64,000 nucleotides of DNA from Balanoglossus misakiensis (Eukaryota; Animalia; Hemichordata): contig CM082583.2 in assembly GCA_040954595.2 (NCBI GenBank), forward strand, positions 8,790,254 to 8,854,253, given 5' to 3'. Each line of letters starts with the position of its first letter. Position 1 is the stretch's first letter. Below the pieces are notes generated by a model. The model saw nothing but the letters and a program-made list of their open reading frames with translations. It ran no database searches and was not told the DNA's origin. The translations under genes were made by a program, and so were the position numbers. Shown here one piece after another: positions 27,771 to 40,600 of the stretch.

Positions 27771-27811
27771 ACTGAGGTCTTGCGTTAGGTCGGAAAGCAC
27801 ATATATTTATA
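27771..27811 (-). promoter_or_regulatory. Putative TATA/Inr core promoter of Trunk-like A
   Basis: Minus-strand TATAAATATAT at 27801-27811 and Inr-like TCAGT at 27771-27775, ~120-150 nt upstream of the ATG. Spacing is slightly long. Confidence 0.4.
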
Positions 27812-28562
27812 CAGTATATCTAATGGTGATCGCATGGTAAAGATGCAACACGTGACGGCGGCATAAATTAATTTGTGGGCGTCGAGGTGTTGCACTCCGC
27901 GGTTACGACGTCGATTCGCCTCTTTCTCCCCACGCTTCCTTCCCCTACTCCATTAAGTATGGGACCAATGGTCGTGAATATGGGAGGGGCCTTCTCTGTG
28001 TAAAGACAGCCAGGACGAAGATGACGTGGCGGAGGTGAGCCTCCATTACTGGTAATACGCCGTTGTGTGATGATTCCGTCACCGAATGCAAATTTGGCCG
28101 ATGTTACCACAAACTCATGAGAATTAAAAAAAACTTTTCACGGGCCGGCCACGCCATTTTCTGTAAAGAGACTAAAACACGTCGTTTTAACCAAAATGTA
28201 GGGATATGTAAATTCAAGGTGAAACTAAGTGCGGTTAAAATAAATGTATCAAAAAGCTCAAAATACGCTACAGGGTGCTAGTCTTTCATATTCATAATAA
28301 ATTTCCCGGCTAGTATTGCCGTTTACTTTGTTACACAGTTATAGCGAAATCTTAGACAAGATATTCATAAGAACCTTCTCCTTTTAGCTCTTGCCCTCCA
28401 CAAAAACAACAACAAATAAACAAACAAATGACAAACAAACGCTAATGCTCATATCTACAAAGATTTTGCCCTTTTTGTGTATAACTACTTTGAATTCGTT
28501 TTCGATAAATTAATCCCATTTCAAAGTAAAGTCATACAGAATCTCAATACGTACTTAACAAT

Positions 28563-28685
28563 CCAACCAACCAACCAACCAACCAACCAACCAACCAACA
28601 AGCAAACAAACAAACTAGACAGGCATTCAGACATAGACAGACAGACAGACAGACAGGCAGGCAGATAGGTAGATAGAAAGATAGA
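28563..28685 (+). repeat. Compound tetranucleotide microsatellite (CCAA)n/(ACAA)n/(AGAC)n
   Basis: Directly visible. Confidence 0.9.
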
Positions 28686-31600
28686 TTTGCTTTCTCATTA
28701 TTCTATCAGGACACTTTGAGCTTTGACTCTTCATGCATCCTTGATGCCACTTCCTCGTGGGGGAAGCCACTTGACTTCTCAGCTTCCCGTCACACGTGAA
28801 TGATGCGCACTTGGCAGGATAGCGATTGCCACGTCGTTGTTTGTATTATGTGAGATAATTGTACACTCCCCGGGGAAGGGGAGCGACTCTAATAGGTATA
28901 TATTTCTCCAAGGCCTCTCCAGCACGTCTTTTCGTGGATATGTCAAACTCCACGCGGTAAACCACAGACTTTTCTTCGAAACCATTAAATGAAGTCCCCA
29001 TCAAAACAAGAAAGGGACGTCGAATTTTTCCAAGGCAACGCGTGCGATTGAACGAATCCCACAATGTGGCGACTGTTAACAGAGGATGTCTCATGCATTG
29101 AACGTTCGCACCCATTCGAGTAGCCGCGAAAATTACAGTCTTTGACATTTGCGGTAGACGAGGGATTTCTTGCGAGAGTTTTGATTTTCCTGGAAACCTG
29201 AATAGCTGATTGTTGTAGAGGGCGGGTAGCGTTCCACCTACAATCACAATGTGGTGCGTTGTATATATCAGTGAAGTTTCATGAACAAAAAATTAGTCTA
29301 TGTAGAAAAAGTTGCGATTCTCCGCTTATTGTGAGATCTCGCGAGACTTGCTTAATTGCCGTAGCAACGAGTTGCTGACCAAGTAATGAAAGCCCAGCTT
29401 TGTATGAAACTAGAATAGGTGCACATTTATCAAAAATTGTAAACTTGTATGCCGTTTAACGCGATCGGCGATTGTGTAGTCTGACCTGTGTCGCAAGAGA
29501 ATGTCCTCCCATATAAACTGCCTAGTCACGCGAGATCTCGGAGAGTCTCGTGGTATTCGGAAAAGTGTCTATTGTGGATCACCTAGGGGACAGTGCCGAC
29601 ATGAAAGACATGTCCATCTTTTTTGACAAGACTCTACATTGAGTATGATACATGTGGATGATTCACTGACAATTGTCGTGCACTGTTTTTTTTTTTTTGA
29701 GAAGCAGACCTGACGTTGACGAAATAGCGACATTCGATTAGTCGTCACGACAGAAATGAATTAAACGTCGAACACTCATCTCGGTTTGGCGCAGTTTCTC
29801 ATTCTGCAATGATAAAGGGAACATTTAACGCCAGTGAAAAACAACGTCGGATCGGTGCGACATCAACAGCACCCAAATTTATCCGGCTAAATTTAGTCTG
29901 TCGTCGAAATATCATGGGTCGGTTCCAAATTTTGCTTGCGACATTCAGGGGTGGCATTTACATCAGAGTAAGCGCCGGATATTGCTAGTTTATTCGTTTC
30001 CATGGGGATTTGAACCACCATCGATGCTTAAAAATTAACAGCCCGGTGATCACTACAGGCACTGGTGATACAAGTTATAAGAAATCACGAATGTATTCTT
30101 CGCGTCAGTTTTCACAAAAAAAACACTTTGTGAGGTTATTACAAAACAATGAACTCGGTCGGATGTCCAGTGTAATTTAAGTGTGAAGTTAGAAAAAATC
30201 GCGCGTGCGGATTCAATGATCGGAAATAGTTATTATCATATACTGAAGAGAAATGAATAATCGTTCTTATTAAGAGGGCAGTATACAGTTATTGGCAGGA
30301 TTATGCGAAGCAAAGTGTATGTATTTCCGTGCACCTTCTGAAATGGTGATATTGCAAAACGTACCAACCACTGCTTATAATGGGGATAATTATTGACAAG
30401 GTGTCCGAAGCAAGCGAACGAGTATTCTGTACGCCACCTCGTCATTTATACATCGCTATGGCAACCAAACTCAAAACTGTCCATGATTTAACAATCCCTA
30501 AATGCGCAAATTGCAATAAATGAGAGAGTAATATTCTTTCTCTTAAAATTTTGTCGTATCTACCGTAGTATAAGTAGTATTAGTATTAGCCATGCACTAT
30601 ACACGGGCGGTTATTAGTAACTAAATCTAGCGGAGTAGCGCCCCCAGTTATGAGTAAAGCATCCGTAGGCTACGTACCTTTCAGATCTTTCAACGTTAAT
30701 GTACATGCATTCGTTTAATCAAACCTGCAAGTAGAGGGCGTATTGCAACATACGATGCAACAGAAAGGAATTGGATTTTTTTTATTTCCGTCAATCATTA
30801 ATAATGAACGGAAAGAAGTTCATTTAACACGAAATATTGTTATAGCTCTATTAACGTGGCGATGCATAACTGTTTAAATCATACGTTTTACTGAAACACC
30901 TCTACGTCGAATTTTCTTCTAAACACAGTATCTGAATAAAACTTTGGTGTGGTGTGGCGAGGTTATCCGAAACCAGAAATGTGTCATTTTTATCGCTAGG
31001 CCTTTTGGCAGTATAACATTAACACTGATTTTAAGAGTTGTTATATGATATAAAATGACATAAAACAATAACAGTGTAAGCAGGTACTGCCAGAAAGTTG
31101 TCGTTGACGAGTGAGAAATTTTCTTTTATCACTCGTCACCTTGAGACAAACCAATTAACTTGTCACGACATTTGGTTTTAAAACCACCAGAATAGTACAG
31201 CACCACGATAATATATGGGTTTGAAGGTTTTTCTTCATTAATTGACGTAGGTGTTGTCCTCGAAAAATGGATAATTATTGATGAATGCGTTTCCCCAGTC
31301 ATGTGGAATCCTTGAAGTGCAGATTTTCACTGATTTTGCATTAAGGGTGTTTTAGACAATAACATTTATTTGAGTCGGTAAGTTAAATACTGTAAAACCT
31401 CTCTTCAGCAAAAAATATGCATTGCAAACTAAGAAGTTTAATTAAGTAATATTTAATTAAACTGAATTAAAATGGAAAAAAGGATCGATAGTTCCATCCT
31501 GTTTACATCACAAGTAAAAATGTCTTGCAGATTGGACTGCACTGGCCAACCAAACAAATGTCATTGAAATAGTCTTACAAGTTGTTCAACTAAAATAGCA

Positions 31601-33752
31601 AAGTCAATCCATGCTACACTTCAAGCCCCAATAGCTGCCGCTATTAATAATTTTTTAAAACACTTCACTCATCACCCGCTTAGACAAAGAATACCATTTG
31701 GAATTGACAGAGATTCTAATACCTGTGTGTGCATACCACTATAGTTGTCTGCTCTTCAAATAGGCGGGTGAATAAAAGGGTGTGGCACCCGTTTAATATT
31801 TAACTTGTTCATATTAACATGTACAGCCACAATCATAGGTTGGTAATATGTTTGTATATGCCCGACAGTTTGCTCATTTAAATGGACCATTTTAAGGTTG
31901 AAAGTAAATTCATTAAAATATTTTAATGGCAGCTATTGGGGCTTTAATATGTCTTCATATACAACAAAAATGCTTTAAGCAGACAAACAGCTACAAAATA
32001 CAACACAGCTCACAGAAGAAGAAAATAATACCTTGTCAGACACAGACAAGTAACAAGAATTCTAACATAGAATTATATAGATTAACATATCATTATTTAA
32101 TAATAACATAAATACAAACTTGCTTAGTGTAAAAAGCTTATCATAGTTATGTTGAAAATGGTAGTTTCTGTATTTAATTATCATGCCATTAATATTTAAT
32201 CAATCGTAGACAAATAAAACTTAATCCTACAAGCTTACAGTAGTTATGGGTTAAAATACACAGTTTTCACTTACTAAGCTATAAATGGACATTAACAAGG
32301 TATTAAAGTTAAACCTTGTTTTTAATTCGGCATTCTGAAATATATTAAACATCCTATTATCATCTTGAAATGTTACAAATTGCCACTGTTTCTGTTCGTA
32401 TCACTTTAAATAATGTAAATACAGATTAGGAAATTATAGTCTTATAAAACCAGCACTTAAGTTGCAGCTATAAATATGTAAACTCGATGTGCATTTTATT
32501 TATCACTGGAAATTGTAAATTGAAAGTTACGTAAACCTTATGAAGTTGTCTAAAAATAACTGTGAAGAAAGATCAGTAGACAAACATCTTGTTTTACACA
32601 AAGGAGTGCCAACTGCATGAGAATAGCTTAACAAATAAATAAATAAAAGAAATATTAAATAAATACCAATGTGAATCAAAAGTTAACCATGTTTTCCAAA
32701 ATACATAATGCCACCTTATAATACCCATCTGTGTTTGGCATAAGGCCATGTTCAGATTTTGGGGGTTAATTTATTACCAAGTGCAGGTTATCTAGAATTT
32801 TTAGTGCTAATGTGAAAAATTTGTTCAAACCGCAAATTTGTTACCAAATAACGGTAACATGACATTGCTGAATATCTGATAGTATAGTCACACCTCTATT
32901 CATGTACTGTGAGTTTCACAACTTCACAACATTTTGTGTGTGTCGCTTCAAAGTTACTGGTCATTTTTACAGAAATTGCACTATACATTCTCAAATATTA
33001 ATGTAAAGTTGCTAAAATATTACCTTAAAGAGTGTCTACTTTTGTTACTCCATTTTTAACAAATAAAAAACTATACCTTACGTACATATGATATGATTAA
33101 ATATTGAGTTTGTGATCCCTGGGTTAATGTATTTGTTCTGAACTGTATTGTGATAAAAGATATATCAATTTTGTCTGTAATTTTCTCTCCCTTCCTATAA
33201 AAAATCATGATTCGGTAAAAAAATATCCAGTTGGTATGCAAATAATTACCGTAATGCACATTACTTTTTTTAATTCAGAAAAAAACTGTGATGACTTTCA
33301 GGTACAATGAATACTGATTTTAAAAAATTCTTGTTATTTAAAAATACACTGTAACAGATAGAATGCAATTCAGACCTTTTAGTTTAAAATTGTGTCTTTA
33401 CAATACAAATGTGGAAAAGGCTTATAAAATGTTAATGAAAGACTTTATCTGGAACATTGGAAATTCAATGAAATATGATACGTAAAACTACATGCAGAAT
33501 ATCATCAGAGCATTACACATCAATGAAGACTGAGGTAGTACCAATCTTGAAAGACATTAGCACCAGTCAGCAAATTTGACAATGCAAATTAGTGATGACA
33601 AATGATGACCGTGCACAACTGACCCTGCTGATAAGACCTACATCACAAGAAAAATATTTTGCACACAGAGTTATGATTTTAGATCCAAAAAAGAGGCATG
33701 AAATGGCTGACTAGTGGATTGTAAATGACAAGACAAAATTACTGGATGCATA

Positions 33753-33950
33753 TACTGTCAAACAGGAAATTTTCGCCACAGAAAATTGATTTGCGACATC
33801 AACAGATACAACTATTTCACATTTATTTTTTTGCGTTCTATCTCCGAAAAAAAACAACATTCTATCGTACACATAATTCTTTCATGACTATTTATTTTCA
33901 TGCTTTTTCGGCTCTCGAGGAAATTCGTGAAAATTTCACGTTTTACAGTA
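33753..33950. mobile_element. TA-flanked MITE-like element in the SERINC 3'UTR region
   Basis: Left end TACTGTCAAACAGGAAATTTTCGC versus reverse complement of the right end TACTGTAAAACGTGAAATTTTCAC; ~200 bp, non-coding. Confidence 0.65.
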
Positions 33951-34321
33951 TTGTGCAAGTTATGGCAGTATGTGCCCCTTGGTTCTGACACCTCTGAGAC
34001 TCTGGAAAAAAAAATGGCAACTGAGTTGCAGCAATGGCAGACTATATTATATTGTGAAGTCATGTGTATATTACATTACCTGTAATTCACTTACGGCGAT
34101 TCATCCTAGTCGAAATTAACTGACAGAAATAGGTTTTGTGTCCTAGTACCATGGAAGCCGAGAAGAACAATGTATTCCTATGAATGTAAACTCGCATATA
34201 ACAAAACTGGCCTGGATAATTCTTTGGCCCATCTTTATGCCTTTGTAGTACAGTACGTGCCTCGAAAATCTTGCACTTGATCTCGTTTCTTGTTCAAGGT
34301 CACTTTAGATTATCATTCTCT

Positions 34322-34575
34322 TTAAAAGCTGAGTAAATATTGCGTGTCACCGCGCAAGATTTTGAATAAGGGACAAATTGTTTGAAATTCAAAATGGCCG
34401 CCAACCTCTGTGTTAACTCTATGGAGAAACAAGTAGTGATTTTTATGAAAACAAGACAGCCAACACCCTGTTTTCCTCTTTGATTTCAAAAAACTCCTCA
34501 CACACTTCAACATAGGTAAGAATTGAAGCTAGGTTTGTAGGATTATCATTTTTCTGAAAATTTGTCCCTGAGGCA
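34322..34575 (+). repeat. Dispersed repeat family (further copies at ~40040-40200 +, ~50620-50790 -, ~57470-57760 +)
   Basis: Shared core blocks: aaattcaaaatggcc, ctctgtgttaact(c/g)tatggagaa, atgaaaacaaga, ccc(t/c)gttttc..tttcaaaa. Copy boundaries are approximate. Confidence 0.75.
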
Positions 34576-34609
34576 CAACATACTACCTAAACCGGGGCCA
34601 CACAGCTAT

Positions 34610-37600
34610 CTACACTTCAGTGTCCTGTTCTCTTGGTCTTCTGCGCCTTCCTGGGCACATGAATGGACGAACAAGATGAAAAAAGTAGACCAAAAGACAG
34701 GCCCAGCTTGACGCCATCCTCACCCAAACCGATTCCATCGTCCTGACCAAATTTTCAAATGTTGCCGTCTCAGGTCTACAATTTTAAAAAAGGGGAAAAA
34801 TCAGAATATGTTGATCCAAGCTGGCTCAGTTTAATATCGACATGTTTTAGATGAGGTCTCTTTCAGTGGGGTTAAATCACAAAGATGCATGTTAGAGACA
34901 GCCTCTCAGATAGACCAAATTTTTCATGACTTGTCTCATAGTATTCATTGTTTTGTTGTGTAGCATGGTGTGATGTAGCGTAATGTTGTTAACTGTGTGA
35001 GATGGTGACATAGACAAAGCAGTAGGATATACAACAACATTAACAGACATTTAAGCATTCTCAAGTAATTACAAAAACAGATAGCTACCTGTACCAGTTC
35101 GTCAGTGTCATCATGATGTATAGCGAAGCCAAGAAGAAGACAAAATGGAAAAACGAGTAACTGTAGACAACACCACCGCTTTCATCTCGTTTCAGCTCCT
35201 GCCCACCGCAGCCCACCTCTTGCCCAGCCCTTGCATTAGCAGGTTGAGGTTGCTCTGTAACAGAAAACTTAAAACTTTGGCACCATTTCAGCAAAGAACA
35301 GTTGCATATTGCTGCAAATAACTCCTTCTTGTGAAAAAAGATCACAACATATGTACTGCTCCTACTGAATGGTTTAAATTTTACTGTTTATGCGGTTATA
35401 TTAATTTGCCCAGACCTTTAGATTGATCACCTACCTTGCAATTCTACACTGCTATCATCGTCTGGAGTTGGGCCACCTGCAAGAAATTAATGACAAAAGA
35501 ACAAATTATTACACACAAATAGAAATTCTCTTGGATAGAGAAGTATCTTATCTAACCCATCTGGTGCTAACCAATGGCCATACTTGGCCACATAAGGATA
35601 GAAATAACATGAATGATTTATATATAATGGTCAGGATCCATTATAGTGGATGAAAACACTCCGTTGGTAGGATATTTAAAGGAAATATGGCTCTTACTTT
35701 TCTGTTTATCAACTTCAGCTTTAAATTCTACTCTCTGACAAATTCCCAGTATTTGTTTCATCTCCCCAAACATTTATGACTGATTAACCCACAAGACTAG
35801 CACATTTTCACCATCTGGTACAATGGTCAAGCTGTTAACCCAACCGAACAAGAAATAACACAAGTTCCACAACACTGGCAATCTTACATCATTCTCCTAT
35901 CAGTCTAACCTAGTCCATCTGGTTTTATAATTATTCTTCCCAACAATGGGTATCTAAAAAATCCAAACCTCTCTTCCTGCGTTTTGGTTTCTTCTTTCTC
36001 TTCTTCTTCTCCTTCCGTGGTTTTCTCTCCTCTGGTCTCTACATGATTGTAAGTTATACACTTTTCACTCATAACACACAGATGTAATTTTTAAGTTCTT
36101 TTCCAGTATTGCTCAATGTGACTGAAATGCAACCTTTGAACAACATCGACAACAACACCACACATAGACACGTGTCCAAACATTGCTAATTAGAAGGCCC
36201 AGGAAACTCACGTGTAGTTGTCACCTTGAAAAGACATCAATTATCAAAAGTTATTTTTGAATGTCTTCAATGTGTTTCCTGTTTGTTCAGCCTAACTGTT
36301 TCCTGTACAGAGACACTGCAACCTGAATACCTGTAACCTCTCATTCCGACAAGTAACAATTTGTCTGCTTTTCTAAACAAGCACTTTTAATGACCATGCA
36401 TTTCTATTACATTTAAAATTTTACAGCAATAAAAATAAAATCAAAAGAAACTTAAATTACCAAACTAACATCAAAAGTTAGCATATTTTGTCCCTTTTAA
36501 AAAAATCAGTGAAGAAATGCAACAAGTAAGATACCCAAACCACCATGATTATATTTCACACTCATGTGCTGTTGTAGAGCTTATGTAAGTAAACGTTTTA
36601 AGAGTTGAATGGATTGGATCAAGCCTCGACTTTCGCAAAACATGTTTTGTGGCCTGTACTGTCAAAGAGGTATAGTCCTCCTTAAAATAAAAGTACAAAA
36701 AAACTCACTCTGGCCATTTCTATATCACTATCATCAGAGTCGTGAGTGCTGAGAGTCAGAATTGTATACCCACACATTTGTGTGCGACCGGAACTATGTA
36801 TACTGCAAAAACACAGACAAAAAAAAAATAAACAATTATACCACAGACACAAACAATAGTAAACATGAAATAAATACTGAAATGGGTTAAACATATGATC
36901 AAAATGCTGAAATAAAATAAAGGGGTTTGACAAGGGAAAAGAAAAAGTGTAGAATCCCAGGTTGTTTGGATTTCAGTGGTTTAAAGATGGCCGACTTCGA
37001 CACTGCATGCGAGTGTCTTGGATGTTTGGTTTCAGCAGATGTGTTCATGATTATTGTGGTTCAGTTTACTTGTGTGCACTTCTTCCCAAACAAATGGACA
37101 GCCAACAAAAAGCAGATTTGGCACAATTCACAGCACACATTGTACCAGTTACTCACACAGTGTCACTACACAAGGGAACAAAACTGCACAGTCACAGCAA
37201 CCTACACTAGGCTATCTCTACTCAACTCCACTACATGTAACAACAAACATTTAACGGCACGTAACAAATTAGACACAGAAATGCATATGTGGACATACAC
37301 CCACACATAAAAAGCATTATGATAGTGAATTATGAATATCTTACGTGTCCTCTGCTTCGCACACTTGACACAGAGCTCCCTGTACTCAGAGGATCGTGAT
37401 CAATGAAAGCTTCTGCTGTGCGTACACTAGAATTCACGTGTACATTATGTAGCACAACACAGGACAGGTAAGAAATTAGTAGCCAGGAAAAGTGAAGAAG
37501 TAAGCAAGAAATCAAGCTTTCAAATATCCAATTCAAACCAGATACGATGTGCGTTTGTTTGATTACTCCAACTATTTAACCTAGTCTCTTTGACTGCTGA

Positions 37601-40600
37601 TTCGCAAACCTTAACTACTTTGCTTCTTCAAGAGATATATCTACGTTTCCCTCTTAAGACGTCTAACTCGACCATAGACAACAATGGATTTAGACTAGAC
37701 CATGGTGGTGAAAGGGTTAAAGATAAGCATTTTACATGCAGCTGTATGATGAATTATCCGCGACTGGTCATCGCACAGAAAGACAATTAACATCATCTGT
37801 GAAAGTGCTAACAATTGGTAGATAAAGACTTCCCATTGGCTCAGACCCGAAAACCTGGTGTTTGGTTGACATAAAATTCGCCATTTTCAGCAACAATAGT
37901 GAAAAGCATATGCATGTCAAAGTATGATGAAGCTGACTTATGACTCACCTGGCATAGATAACGCTTATGAACAGAAAGACAGAAGCGAGGGCCGCCGTGA
38001 TCAACTCCCTGTACTCAACACTGACACCGGTAGTCGTCGTCGTGGGAACACATGAGGTCACCAGGTCCTTGTAAACAGTTTCATTTAAAGTTTCATTGAA
38101 TCCTACGAGAGTACGCTCTGTGAGAAAGAGAACAGAAGTTTTAGTTACTGGTAATACTAGTTTTTAAAATTTGTTGAAATTCACCAACTTTGTCCCTTTA
38201 AGACTACACATATACAAGAATGTGGATTTAACCCAACAACGGGTACCTTGATGACTTATAATATAAAACGCAGAATTCAGTGCAAAACTTACCGATATGG
38301 TCAGGCATGCTTGATGCAGCAGCAAATGTCAGATACATTACATACACCGACACAATGGCCACTTGCAGGAGATTAATTTTGGGTTGGACTGGAAGAGAAA
38401 AAAATGAATTAAGAAATAGTATTATAGCTGGGTGGGACTGCGCTGTACTTTGCAAAGAGGTTAATATAAAAAGGGTACTAGTAAGATACATGTACCAACA
38501 CTAACCTTTCTGAATTGGCGGTATCAGGGTCAGAAACGCCATCAAAACACAAAGGATACCGTTGACTGATATGAAGATTTTGGTCAAGTAGCAACCTTCA
38601 ATATTTCTTGTGAAGAATATGACGAGAAAAACAAAGCCACCAATGGCAATGGCGAATACGACCAGTGTCACCAACACAAGGGCTGTAACAAAACAAAATG
38701 GTCGGCTATTTTGAAAAAATGGATTTAAAAATGTATATTTTGAACTTAATATCAATTTACTGCATTTCTTAGACGAAAACGTTAAACTCGTAAAGAAATT
38801 TGGGAAACTTAGGATGCATTATGAGATGACAAGTTGCTATGTCTGATTGAGCGTGCAGAAAAATTGTGACGAAATTTTAATGATCCTTCGAAGCTTATAA
38901 CACTTACACGGACCCTTTTTAAGCTCCAAGAGCTGCAACTATTTGCATTATTTGTATGATTTTACATTCAAACCAAAATCAGTTTACATCCTACTTACCT
39001 AGATACCAACATTTATTGCTGTCTGCCTTCACTGACCTGAAAAAGAATTTCACAAGATTAATTGCAGATACAGTCAAACCTGTGTTAGTGGCCACCTCTA
39101 TATAGAGGCCACTTTGTTCCAGTCCCTGTGCAATTCTCATGTGCATTAATTAGCCTCTATATAAAGGCCACCGGTCTATAAAGACCAGTTTTGGTTAGGT
39201 CCTATGCTGTGTGATCTTTCTATCACACCACACTTACCAGCTATGGTTCCACGAATAGGCAAACTCAACCAGTAGGTAGAGCTGAATCAGTATAAATGCA
39301 AAACTTGCAGCAAAACCAAGGTACATAAAGATGAAAGTCCACTTGTCTTCATGGGGAATATAGAAGGCTCCGACGCACAATCCGACTAAGATAAGAAATT
39401 TGAAGAACCAGAACCTGCAGTGCAGAAGAGAGAAATGACTTTTGATTTACAATCAGTAAATATTTTAGTCAGTATGTGGTGCACGTACTCGCTTTTTTTT
39501 AAAGAGCAACTGCATGCAAAGTTTCAAGAACATATACATGATGACGAAACCTCATAATCTCCTACATAATGTCAAAGCTCCATTCATTGCTATAAATAGC
39601 CCGAGTGACCTTAAAGAATTCATAATGCGTTTTTATCTAAAAGACAAATGTTCCTTTTGTGCATTATTAATTCTCTGTTTGGTATAGTCAAAGTACAATG
39701 CTCCTTCTGATACATGAAGTTAGGAACTGAACCAAACTGCCACACCAGACCACACGTACCCATTGTGAAGCCCTGCTCGGCAGGATCTGCTCGAGTCCAC
39801 GCAAAGCGTCACCACCATCAGGATGAGGAAGAACATGCCCATTGACAGACAGATTCTGTAGACGGCCATGTATCCAAACACACGTTCACAGTTGTCGCCA
39901 GCATTGATGTAATCACAGAACACCATTACCCTCTCAGTCTGCAAGAGTTCAACATAAAGCAATCATAATTGTTATATGGTCCCTGTAGATATAATTAATT
40001 ATGAATCTAATTACTAGTATCCAAGGGAGCTAAATTGTTTCGAATTTGAAATTCAAAATGGCCACTATGAAGAAAAATATGAAAGAAGTGGTTTTAATGA
40101 AAACAAGATGGCTAACTCCGATTTCTTCCTTTCAACTGCTTTCCAAGACTCGATCCCCACACACTGTTATTAGCAAAGAAATGACAATGTTGCTGAAAAT
40201 CTGTCCCTTGCAAGCTGAGCCATTATTGTCATGATCGACCTTACCTCCATGAACTTCTCTTCAACTGTTGACGACAACATTATGCAGGCTACAGCCATGC
40301 CAGCTAAGAGAAATAACGTGTACATCACACGTGTACTTGTAGATTCTCGAACAGGCGGACAGCATCCACAACAGCAGGAACATGGCCGAGGCCCACAGCA
40401 GCAACAGGCCTGAATGTTTGAAAAGCAGAGAGAAAAAAGCCATATTAAAATTTTAATTGATGATCTACTTCAGAGACATCATGCAAGTTGACCTTTAAAT
40501 TTTGATAACCAGTTCATATGAACAGCTTTCATAATCCCCTCCACCAGAAATTGAACTGCGTACATCGACTAATATTGTCACCAGTGAATTATGTACAGAG

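Noticed and set aside
28846-29247. 133-aa minus-strand ORF
   Set aside because: Non-ATG start, no recognisable motif and no convincing splice sites.
36212-36224. 13-nt SERINC microexon (phase 0 to 1) as an alternative to the polybasic exon
   Set aside because: It has a good GTGAGT donor and compatible phase, but a weak AAG acceptor, and it is too short to support without reads.
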